Shown here piece by piece: positions 35,698 through 47,464 of a stretch of DNA of 64,000 nt. The DNA comes from Pocillopora damicornis (lineage: Eukaryota): the NCBI RefSeq assembly GCF_003704095.1, contig NW_020846693.1, positions 186,001 through 250,000 of the forward strand, read 5' to 3'. The position numbers and the translations under genes are program-made. How positions within the stretch are numbered: position 1 is the stretch's first letter; the number at the start of each line of letters is the position of its first letter. The notes below the pieces were generated by a model. That model ran no database searches and had not been told where the DNA came from. It saw nothing but the letters and a program-made list of their open reading frames with translations.

Positions 35698-38600
35698 TCA
35701 CTGATATGGATCTGTCTTGAGGTCTACAGTTCTCCGCTTTCGCCAGCAACGAAGACACATAATCACAATCAGATCAACGAATTCACACAAAGTCAGCAGA
35801 CTACAGCCGAGAAATAATCCCATGTTACCTCCTACGTCCGCTAGAGAGGAAAACAGACAACAAAAATTATTCATATAATATTTATATATTGTAATGGAGC
35901 TCCTCCATCGCTGCGGAGGCCCATGTCCACGAAAATATGCCAACTTGTGAACCCAACCCTTAGATTTGGCTGTTACGTGATGTTTGTACGTTTTGTATTC
36001 GTATGCGCGACAGTGATACAGATATCATTCTCCGGCAACTCATGGCGCCAGTCTGCGCCTCAATGAATGTGCGCTTGCTGCAAGTTCTGTAAGGAAGACA
36101 CCGTCAGCCAATGTATTCCTTTACCAAGATATGTTTGAGTTCAGAACGTAACTAGAAACATTACTCACATCCAAAATCATTAAAATCATACGCGGGTTTC
36201 TCCCTCGTGACTTCAGTGTCCAGACTTTCGTAGTAAATGTTTACTTGAGCCATTCTTTGCCTACGGATGTAACGATACAAAAACATCTGGAGGTTTGGTC
36301 AAATAAGTACGTCGCATAGTACTTAAGCTTAATTGAAAACTTTTCATAAGAACTCCGTACAGCGTTCAGTACGAGACTTCTGTATCGTGCGACTATCAAA
36401 CTTTACCATCTTATTCTAATGATAACATTTTTATTTGTATGAAGTTTTAATGAAGTCCTTGAAAACATCTCTTCAGTGATAAAGATCGAACTATGCCCCA
36501 AACGCTTTGAAGTAAGTCTGGACTGACACTCACACAAAAAACCTTCACCGACGGGCAGGTCTGGTTGGAGTACAAGTATCCAATTATGTTTTGTGGTATT
36601 CAAGATTCTTGATTTTAGGACTCCCGGAAGTAAGAATGTAATGTCGCGTTTGTTACCTGATGTAGTTCTGGAACTCGACAACTTTCTCTGTGTTATTAGT
36701 TGACATGTTGTACATTGGGAATATTGTCTCCCATAAGTGATTTGACGGAGCGTACGCCATGGAGGCCTGGACTTGATAGCGTATCTCCGTACATGGCACA
36801 GGGCAGGCACAACTATTTGGATTAAATTTACCTAAACAGAGAGGTAAGAGAGATTAAAGCATTCGTATACATTCCGTTGGGATAACCATATCGGAAGTTC
36901 TTATTCACCTGGGTGCATTTGAAATATGTTTTTTTGAACTGTGACACTACTTTGGGGAGTGTGGCGATAACGCTCTTCGGGAGCTAGTGATGTTTTGTAA
37001 AGATGTTTATTGTTTACCTCTGAGTTAGTGAAAGAGTGAGTGAGATGCGCGTTTCCTGATGTGTCAAAAGCTTTCACCTACCATATTTTGGGAAGACGCA
37101 GGTAAAGATTTCCTTTGCAGAGCAATATCTCGTTTTGTTCTCACCTGTTGGAATATTAAAATTTTTAACTTGAACATAAGTTTAACTCCTTATTTGATTG
37201 ATTACTTGATCTGTATCTCTCGGGGATTAGCATCATCTTAAACAGCATATTGCTTACCAAATGAAGGCATAGATAGCAGTCGACAACCGCACTCTTCATA
37301 GGTTATGTTGGTGTAACATTCCAATAGACATGCGTACTGTGAGTACATTTTGAAAGCTGCCAAGTTCTTGTCGCTGCAGGCGGATTTAAATGGCGCGGGA
37401 AGACTCACCATCTTAAATGACAATTAAAACTTGATCAGTGACATAATTATACATTGTAGTACATTGCGTAATTTGGGCATTGCTGATCGTAGCGATCTGT
37501 AGGACACAGGACATGGGTAACACATTGCTTAGCTCAGTGAGATGTCTGGAAGGTAAAGAAGGCTTAGTCCTCTATACAGGAAACTTGGTTGTACCAACCT
37601 TGCTTCTGCGCACGCGTATGTTTGTGGTAAACCCTGGAGTAATATCCAAAGCGAGGTCTTCAATGTTTGGATACAAGTCCTTCTGATCATGAATCAGAAT
37701 CTTAAAACCTGTTGCGTCGTAGCTGTATGGCCCGTAATACTCTTCGGGTTGTGCATCCAAGTAAAGTGACAAGGCTTGCACTTTTCCTGATGTTGTCACA
37801 TAAAGCTTTTGGTGACCCCGCTGATCAGAATTAAACGTATAGCACACCCCCCGCTGTAAGCAGAAAAATCGTGTTATTTACATAGTGAAATAGTCTAGAT
37901 CATTTTCTCCTCTTTCCCTCTCTTCCTCAAAAATGCACTCAATGGTTCTCTTATAGCAACAAAAGCAAACGATTTCACCCAGTTGTAGGTAGAAAATCCT
38001 TTTATTTTCTCAGTCTTAGGAAAAACTGACTGACGTAGAATAGTTCTTTTTGTATCTGTAAAAGCTTTTTTTTTACCCTGTAAATCCTTTGTTGTTTTGC
38101 GGAATAAAAAACAGAGAACAAATGTTAACACACGAGATCATAGACAAGAATGAGCTTCAATTAAAAAAATTTATTACCCTTTAAAATACTAATGCGGAAT
38201 GCTAGTGACACTTCGTCAACTGGAGAGAAACCACTCTGTTGGAAGGAATTCATAAACCAATAAGCTAATCACAAAATTTATAAACCTCACCATGAAAGAA
38301 ATAAAAGAGGAGAAGTTAGCAGAAGTGCATGGTTGATTTTTCCACTCGCAGTCTTTCATCATCTCAGATAGGTTGTGACCGTGCTTCATCACACTCTCCC
38401 CAGGATCAAAGTCAGGGCTCGTCTTTTCTTCCAAGAGTTTATTCCCCAAGATATGCAACTTTACATGATCTTGTTGGTCTAGAAATGTTTGCGCGTCTGT
38501 TCCCAAAATTTTACTTTTTCGCATCATATTCTGGTTGCAAATAGTAATTGCAGGGTACAAAAGCTTCTCAGCATGTTCAATATCTTTGCCAATGACGCTT

Positions 38601-38863
38601 TCGTAACTTCGTAATTTGCGCCAGTTGTCTCGAAACTGGAAGAACAGAGCACATATACCCAGGGAAATCAATGTGATCCAAATAATCCTTCGTATCCGGG
38701 AGGCAGAGTCCAGGACAAAATGAAAACCGTGCAGGGTGGTATAGCCGCTGAAGTCTTTGATAACACGCGTAGCTTCATCTGTTTCTGATTTCCATACTTC
38801 CTTTACTTCTTTCACGCAGTTATCTCTTTTCTGTTGTACTGCTTTTAATTCTTCCATTTCCAT
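35698..38863 (-). CDS. DEG/ENaC (acid-sensing ion channel-like) subunit, 7 exons
   Basis: Exons 38291-38863, 37599-37853, 37258-37411, ~37082-37144, ~36657-36831, ~36169-36260, 35698-~35841; TTLHG gating motif, TM1, YPAITICNQN, G.CYTFN, G.KILIH.Q, Cys-rich thumb (C.CPVPC), TM2 FGSDVGGNMGLFLGCSLLTLCEF. Confidence 0.92.
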
Positions 38864-41700
38864 AGTTTCATTGGCTTTTTATCCTGGTAGTTTGGATGTT
38901 AGAGAATACCCTCTTTCTGTCTGTCCTGGAAAGCGAATTTAAAACAAAGTTAATCGCCACACTAAAATCTGCGGCATTGTAAGACCCAGCCATATTTTGC
39001 GATTCATCATGGCAAAAAAAAATTCTCGTGGAGTTATAAGATTGTGTCTTACGGAAGTTCTCAAAGTGATTCAGTGAGTCCACTTGTGCTTTTGAGCCTG
39101 TGACTTCTTCGTTGTCGCTCTTATTGTAAAAGCTCAGTTTTGCATGTATTTAGTGCCCCGTAATAACAACACCATCAGCCACTAAAGTGCACATTGTAAC
39201 ACCTTGGTATAATAACTCGTTAGCTGTTATTGAGCAGCAATTTCTGCTTTATATAATGAGGCACCACGCACATCAGAGAGAGCGACGCAACTAATGTTAT
39301 ACTAAAAAGAAAAGCGACTCTCTACCACGAGAATTAGCGTCTAATATGCTGTTTCCCCTTTTTTTGTCATCAGATCGGAGTTTATGGAAAATTACAGGAC
39401 TTAAAAGGCAGGGCCCTATCACGCAATTATGGATTCTAATGAAGTTGGTTTAATTTGTTGAGGGGAAAACGTCAACGATGATATAATAGAGCTTGGCCAA
39501 TAGAAGTCATCTGGACAATAGAGGTCTAGGAACTTTTTGATGATCATCTAAATTAATGACATAACTCTCATTTCCAAGCAATATAACAGTTCACACAGGG
39601 GGTCTTTTGTCTTGTTGTTAGCTGGATATCCTCAGCAGTTGGCTGTGTTTTTCAAAAAGCCATCAGAGGTACAAAATGTCCAACCATTGTATGGCAGATG
39701 ATGATTAAGTTCCATCCACCGGATGTTTTCGAACGATTGCACTCACACATTAGCATCCACAAAGTAAATAGAACGTGCGGCTATTAAGAGGTCGTTAGAC
39801 ATTTAATTTGTCTTTTCCTGGCAGGAATTGAATAAACCGTTAGTGCTGGTGATTCCTTTTCTCGTTCTTAGCATTTTTCTGTGGATTTTTACAAATGTTG
39901 TACAGTATAGCCCTTTCACAGAGAAAATCTGGCCTGCTGTAACCATATGTTAACAAACTATGGATTCTTTTTAATTTCACATGAAAAACAACAATTTGTT
40001 CGACTCATGATGCAATCATATTTGAATGAAATATGATATAATCATATAAACCCAGCCTCGCTTGGCACCCATTGGCAGAGGCCCGCGGAATCGCAACCCA
40101 CTCTTTTCATCTTTTCTGTGTAATCAACCAACCCCGTGACCATGATTATTTTACACCTTTATGACCAAAATATCGAAAGCGTGGAAATTTTCTCTTCAAA
40201 CAAACAAGTCCTCCGATCGATCTGTTTTTAATTTTCAAACATTTGTTCATGAAAGATATGACTATGTATGGAAGCCAGCAGTCGGGAAATCTAATGAATC
40301 TATGTTGCTAAGACAGTTCAAACAAAACATTAAGTCCATTGATTTACAATCAATTTGTCAGTGAAGTCATTTTCTAATTTCAAAGATGTTGTTTATCGCC
40401 GGCGGATTAAGTGATTACCATAAGATCACGTGCCTGTTGTCATGGCTTCAAATTTCAAAACTTTATATTCTCTCTAACATCTGATAAACATTCGCTATAT
40501 TTAGCTACCATAATTATTCCACTTGTTGTAAACTTTTGAAATTTTTACTTTTTAAGTCCCTGTATGTTACCTTTGTGAAAGAAAATTTGATTTTTGTAGG
40601 CTTGAGTTTAATAGGCTTACCGTGAAAATAATAGCCACACTGTGGGACGGGAACATCATTAAAATTCTCAACAAAAGATAAAATACACGACGTCATGGCA
40701 CAATGAAATGCACCAGTAGAGATCTGTAAACTGTAATTCATGTTTGCCTAATACCCAGCGAGAATGAAATGCTTTTTGGTGTTCAAGCTGTAATTTCAAA
40801 GAAATGTACTGTTTTCAATGGCATAAATCTATTTTACCTCAACAGTCGTATGTGTATTGGAGGTCCAAAATCAGGACTGTCTAGGAAAGCACCTCTCCGT
40901 TGCTGTCGTTTAAGTAGTATACGCCAAACTGTAATAAAACATGCCAAATCACCATGATCGTTATTAATTTCATCTTATTTTAGAATTGATTTTGAACGTC
41001 AGAAAACTATCTCTGTATAACAAGAATTAAACCCGACACATAAAAATACAAGGACTGTAAGAAAGACAGAAAACTAGGAAACTTCATGTTCACCTTGGCA
41101 TTTAACTGTAAAAAAGAAAAAACAGTATGGCGCTAAGCACGCACTGCGGTATTCTGTAAGTTTCTGACAAACCTGGTGGTTTTCAGTGAGTACACTACAG
41201 CTTGGTACAATTTAAATTTGACGCACATTTAGAAATTGGATGACGCATCAAGAATAAAGGCCTCAATGGTTGGAAATAGCCATGTTTAACTGGGCAAACG
41301 AACCATCCTCATAGTTATGGTGTTGTTATGGTGGAGACACGAATTTATCGATGTCTTTACCTCACGAATGCATAATTCTATTTCAGATCTTCGATTTTAT
41401 GACAAAGCAATAAGTTTTGAACAAGTTCATAATCTCTTACCCTTTTAAGTTGATAGATGAAGGACCAGTTGATTAGGAGTAGTCCAGAACAAGTTTGAGT
41501 TGCGCAAATTTAATAGACATCCATCGCGTTGAAATTTAGTGTGCTTGTGCGAATTTGTAATTAACACTGTTCGTTGTTGTATTTACCAACAACTGCTGTG
41601 CTTTTGTTCTCACACCTGTCGAGAGGAATGTTTACAGTTCTTATGAGCCAAAAGCTACCATGAAATGAATGGTACAATAACTTAGAGTGCCTACAAACGG

Positions 41701-41813
41701 ACGAAGAGCTCGGTTTTAAAAACAGGTCCAAGACTATGGCGTAGCATTTCCACTTTTAGTAGGTTTCATTTACGGTGTAAACAATACCGTCTGTCCTGTC
41801 GCACCCTTTTTAA
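41701..41813 (+). repeat. ~110-bp sequence duplicated at 42625-42750
   Basis: ttttaaaaacaggtccaag.ctatggcgtagcatttccacttttagtaggtttcatttac.gtgtaaacaatac.gtctgtc.tgtcgcaccctttttaaa present twice. Confidence 0.85.
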
Positions 41814-44643
41814 AAAATTAAAAATGGACGGGTTGTCGAATTATTCAAGAAAAAATTAAAGTCAGTCGAATCTCTAATTGATCAGAAAAACGATCTGTTT
41901 TCATTTTGTCACAAGTTCGTTTGTTCATGTCATTTTAGCGAACAGGTACTGATTTTTTTTTTCAATTCTTTACGGTTATTTTTTTCACTCGCAGCGTTAA
42001 AAAGAGACCTGCTATCAAACCCACGTAAGTATCTGCCATTTGCCAAAACTGCTCCTCCAATGATAGTAAGAGGCTTGATATCACCTCTTTTAAATTGAGT
42101 AAATAAAATACTGTTTGAATCCTATTAAAAATGATCTAGCTACAGCCTTCAATTAATGCTCAAAATCAAAATAAATTTTAAAAAAATCATATGACTATCC
42201 CTCACACATTATGGATAGATGAATAAAATATTTTGGCGGCTTCACCGCTCAGGAAAATTGTGCTGAGCAAAATAGCCTGCGTTTAATCGTAAACACTTCC
42301 TTTAGGCCGAGATAATTTGGCTTGAAGTTTTAATTAAAAAAGACTGCATCGGAAATTACTCAGATTTTCCTGCTCATAGCATTTGTTTTTGACAAAAAAT
42401 TTAAATGAAAATGGGCTAATTTTAGTGTGGCCTTCACGTATGTTATACACCACATACCAAAAACAGAAATTAATTTCTTAGTTACTTACGACAAACAAAC
42501 AACAAACGAGCTCTCTAGTCGTTTTGTGAACCTTTAATTTCACGTAACGAAGAGGGACTGATACACGTCAAAATCAGTTGGATTAAAATAAAAATGAGCT
42601 AATTAATGCAACAAGTAATACACTACGAAGAACTCGGTTGAAATTTAAACTTTTAAAAACAGGTCCAAGGCTATGGCGTAGCATTTCCACTTTTAGTAGG
42701 TTTCATTTACAGTGTAAACAATACAGTCTGTCTTGTCGCACCCTTTTTAAATGCAACAAGTAATACAAAATGACCATTCAGTGAACTACACAATCAATAA
42801 CATTTTTTGGGGCTTGGAAATAGTTCGAATAATATTGATTAAATGCCGCCGGGGCTGAACTTGCTGTGTACAGGCAACAACATTTATCAGAGAGAAAAGA
42901 AAGGTTTTTTGATTGTTCCCGACTAAACCCAGTGTGTTTGAATGATACACTATCAAGCTATAGGGGCTTTTTTTCTCGGAGTGTTATGATTGTTAGTCAA
43001 GGATAAACATAATAAATCAGAACTTGAATGATTGTTTTTTTGAGGAGACTCCAACACAATGAAATTACGCCTGGCAAGGATGTAACGACTTCAGTAATTC
43101 AAGTCAGGGCCGTTGTGTTTTAACCATGGCACGTAGCTTGGGCATGCGTCTATGTGTGTTTTCAATTGGTGAAGAAGAGAAGGCGAAGGTGATTGGCAAT
43201 TTCAAAAGGATTCCTTACGTTCAGTGACCAGAGCTATCAAATTTCATCCACTGCCTTAACTTTGTGTCCAAAGCTTTGCAGTCTATCGAATGATCACAGT
43301 GTCTGACACGCTTACATGCTGCCAGCTTCAGGTTCCTTTCGTTTTTCGCAATTAAGCCAGTCGGCGAGGGGTCCAAGAGCAGACTTATTGAAGCTGGTTT
43401 GTCAACAGAGGGAAAATTCAAGCCATCTCACCCGCTGACCCTGTAAATAAGGAATCAATTATTGATCAAATCAGTAAATGTTGTGGCAACTACATGGTCG
43501 TTCGTGAATTAAAGGAAATTTTACCAATCGATTTTAACACTATACCCTATGGGCCTCATAATAGCTACGATATGCGCAAATAGCGTTTCCTACATTGTAT
43601 GCAAGCAGTTCCCCCTGCAGGAGTAGGACAGGCCCGAGACTGAGGAGATTTCAAGCAGCTTCCGACAACAACGACGACGACTACTCGAACATGTGAATGT
43701 CCGCAAACATGCGCAACATGTGCAATGGTCGTTACGAGCATGCACCGTGACTCTGAAAAAGGCTAAAACCCAAAACTCATCGTCCAGTGTCAACCAGGCC
43801 TAGGAGTTGAAATTTCTTCTTAATAGCTTTAAACATCCGTCGTATTTTCCCTGGCTTTCGAGAGAAGCCTAAAATATCATTTGTCTCTGCTAACTCTGTT
43901 ATTTTATCTCAGTCAAGTTTATATATTACGTGACTCGACCAAATTTAGTGTGTTGTACTTAGGTATCCGAAATACAAACCTTATTCTCAACCTCGATCTT
44001 GAGCTTAGCTCACCAAGCTGCTCTACTTTCTTAACTCTCATAAGGTCACCACAACTCCATATAATCTGCGTCTTAAGCAATCGAGACATCCAGCGATCTT
44101 TTATTGAAAGGTTAGTACAAAATTTAATTGTCTCAATACCTTTCTCCTTAATATCTTTTATAAGAGAATCTCCGGTTTGAATATTTTAATTGTACCCCAA
44201 CGTTACTGTGGTCTTACCCTCAAAATCAGTTGTTTCCGCGTTCCGGACCCATGTGGCGCTTTGTAAAATTCTAATCTAAAGTGTCTAAAATTAAAGTGAA
44301 TAGCGGTATGAATAATAATCCCCAGGAAACGGAAAACGTAGGAGGAAATTTCCACGTGGTCGACACGTTGAAGCTATCAAACTCAACTTCAATAAAAATT
44401 CAATCTGTTGACATGTAAATTGAAGTCACAAATCTATTCAATTATTACGACTCACGGACACTTTTTGCCGGCCTAGTTAGTAGGGTAACCGATAGCGAAA
44501 TCGGAAGAACTGCGGTTTGAATCCTGCTCACGTGGGACTTAGCTTTGTTCCTTCGTCCTGCGTCAGTAATTTTATTGTATTCAATACAACTATCAAACTT
44601 TGAACCATGTTGGTGACATGCCATCGTATAGAATTGCCCAGCG

Positions 44644-44651
44644 TATATAAA
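44644..44651 (+). promoter_or_regulatory. TATA box of neuropeptide precursor gene 1
   Basis: TATATAAA about 90 bp upstream of ATG 44736. Confidence 0.55.
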
Positions 44652-44735
44652 GAGTACTTTAAATAGTTTTCAGATTTAAACCACTGTAAAGCATACGTCA
44701 GGTCTTCTACTGAACTTTTCGAAGAAGAAAGAACC

Positions 44736-45450
44736 ATGAAGAGGTCTCTAGTCTGTTTAATGGCTGTTTTCTGCCTTTGCTTTCAACTTACGCTCTGTCA
44801 GTTAAGCGTTTCCCTACCGCATGGACGAAGTTTTAATCCTGGATCTTTTGTCCACAAGGTAAGTTTAAACACCTCTAAGTACTAACATACTTTGGCGCTA
44901 ATTAGATTTCCTCTTGTTAAATTAATTCCTTCCGTGCCCATGAAGTGGTAAACTTTTTGCAAATCGGAAGCTTGTAAGACTGGCAACTCGAAACAATATA
45001 TTATATGCAACGAATCGCTTTACTTTCACCCAAATTCCAAGGCTTAAAAAATGAATTCTGCTTTCGAGAACTTTTGGTTCAGTCTTGATACTTTTTTCCC
45101 GTCTTTTTTTCATCCCTCCAAAACCTGACCCTAATATTTCATTTCCCAATTATTTTGTTCTCTTTTTTTGGGTGGAGAATTAAATAGTCTGCTTATTTCA
45201 CCACATTTTCCTGAAAGATCGTACATTCCACGTAAGGATTTTTTTTACTAACAAACACCTTCGTTTCATCTTTTAGAAAACTGTAGGAAATGACGAAAAG
45301 AGAGGCGCAGACTACATGAACAAATATGAGAGGACCCCGGGAGAATATGAGGCAAGACCAGTCCACCGCTTGGGAAAAGCTCTGCACAGTTATTTCAACA
45401 GTGTTTCCAGTGGACGAAACTTCGCAAGAGACGCTGATAATGATAACTAG
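44736..45450 (+). CDS. Putative neuropeptide precursor 1 (98 aa; predicted pGlu-LSVSLPH-amide)
   Basis: Exons 44736-44858 (AAG|gtaagt) and 45277-45450 (ttttag|): MKRSLVCLMAVFCLCFQLTLC-QLSVSLPH-GR-SFNPGSFVHK|KTVGNDEKRGADYMNKYERTPGEYEARPVHRLGKALHSYFNSVSSGRNFARDADNDN*; upstream TATA, AATAAA at 45535. Confidence 0.75.
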
Positions 45451-45923
45451 ATTCCTCAAGTTAGGAAGATTGTAATCCACATGTAACCTTATAGTTAATT
45501 ATAGTTACTACAGTGAAAACTGATTGAAATGAGAAATAAATATTTTAAATTGAAGTGAAATCACGATGAGTTGTATTTACAGCGGGGTCAGTTCAGTTAA
45601 ACACTGATAAGCAGAAAATGTTTGATCAGCCTGTCGTCCGGACTTCCATTAAATCTACTATCAATCTTTGAAACTCTACAATTGTTTTAAAATTTTATAA
45701 CTGCATGATGGTTGCGTATCGGGTGGGGGGGGGGGGNNNNNNNNNNNNNNNNNNNNNNNNNNNNNNNNNNNNNNNNNNNNNNNNNNNNNNNNNNNNNNNN
45801 NNNNNNNNNNNNNNNNNNNNNNNNNNNNNNNNNNNNAATTAATACATGCGTGTAAATTTAAAGAGGATCGCATCGTGGAAGCGTTCAAACAGACTTAAGT
45901 TTTCGTTGCGTGAAGATCTAAAA

Positions 45924-46527
45924 ATGTTTTGTGGTCTAAAATTGTCCTGTTGTTGGTTGGTGTGTTGTGTTCTTGTTGTGCTTCAGGTTCAGTTCACATC
46001 TGGTCAACTTGCACATAATTTTTATGCTGGCCGCTCGATCGTCTCTGATTCAGCATTCAACAAGGTATGATTGTTTCAAGGTTTTTTACTATTAGCGTCA
46101 GCAAACTGTCCAATCAGTTGTAATAACGAGAGAAAGTCAATGGGTGGGGTGGGTAAGGCTGCGTCGACTGAGATTCTGAACATGCAAAGAAAGGATTTCA
46201 TGTTTATTTGAATTGTAACATTTTGGAAATATTTTCAACAAATTGAACTACGCCTCGGCAGGCAAGCAGAATGCTTAACAGTACTGAACATTCTAACACA
46301 AAACTAACGATAATGTATTCGAACATTTAGCTTAGCTTGAAAGACCGACAATAAATAATTATTTCACTTGCCTTTTATGATTTTAGGAACCCCTAAAAGC
46401 TGAGGTAAAGGAAGTGAAAGAATTGGCCGATATTCCACTTGAAAAGAAAGCAAGATCCAGTAATGAAAAACCGTTTTACCAGCTTTTCAACACCTTGAAG
46501 ACCCGAAGAGCTCCAGTTCTTGAATGA
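45924..46527 (+). CDS. Putative neuropeptide precursor 2 (93 aa; predicted pGlu-LAHNFYA-amide)
   Basis: Exons 45924-46064 (AAG|gtatga) and 46387-46527 (ttttag|): MFCGLKLSCCWLVCCVLVVLQVQFTSG-QLAHNFYA-GR-SIVSDSAFNK|EPLKAEVKEVKELADIPLEKKARSSNEKPFYQLFNTLKTRRAPVLE*; AATAAA at ~46671. Confidence 0.75.
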
Positions 46528-47190
46528 AACTACAACACAAACCGTTTCTGACCCGAGCCGTCACCGAGCAAAGTCATACCTCGATAGCGAGTCATAAAAC
46601 TTTTCTTGTTGTATTTGTAATATCATAGCCCAGAAAAATGTTGACCTTCTTTATTTTCAGATTATTCTGGTAATAAAATGAATATTATGCAAGCTATAAT
46701 ATGTTTTCTGGTTAAACATAGTTTTTAACATCTTCTGTCCAACAAGAAAACTGCTCTCATTCATTGAAACTGTTTGAAAGAGCCACCATGGTGTAAAATG
46801 TTTTGAGTCATAAAACTCGTATGTCGACTCTTGAACCTGGGCATAACAGAAAAACACGAACTTAGAATAAGTGATATCAAAGCATATAGGAAGACAAGGA
46901 GAGAGATTTCTTCGGATTACAAAAGACGCATTGCGGCAGTTAAAAAAAATTGGATTAATGCGAAGTATGATTTTCACATTAAGATTAATAAGAGCGTATC
47001 GCTTATCAGATACTTCCAAGAACACGAATTGTTCAAATTAATTGTTTTGAACTGCGTCAGCTCAAACGACATGTCTAACTTTGAAGTTACTCGTCGAATT
47101 GAGTGGGAACATAATTCAGGGATGTCTCAATTAGGAACATTTTTACTTGAACAGAAGAAGATAAAAAAAGGGTGGGTAAAAAATGCCCCT

Positions 47191-47301
47191 TGCTCCCGGG
47201 GGGGCTCGAACCCCCGACCTTCGCATTACTTCAGCACCCTCGGCGCCAAACGCCTTTACTGCTTATAAGTACGACGCTCTAACCGACTGTGCTACGGGAG
47301 C
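47191..47301 (-). tRNA. tRNA-Ile (anticodon TAT) with ~37-nt intron
   Basis: GCTCCCG/CGGGAGC-A acceptor stem, TAGCACAGTCGGTTAGAGC D arm (A box), CT-TAT-A anticodon loop then intron, GGTTCGAGCC T arm (B box), downstream T-run terminator. Confidence 0.92.
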
Positions 47302-47464
47302 TTGGGTTGGTGGGAAGGGTGTAGTTTACATAATTATTACAAGATTCCCTCGGCCGGAACTTAAAAACTTGCGTAAAACTGGTACCTAACATTGAGAAAA
47401 TATGGCGGTTCTCGTAGTGGTGAACTTCTAAAAGCCATCCCTGAAAGAGACATCTGAACCCGCA

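Noticed and set aside
46657-47268. 122-aa and 145-aa ORFs downstream of precursor 2
   Set aside because: Non-ATG starts, no recognisable domain; the longer one runs into the antisense of the tRNA
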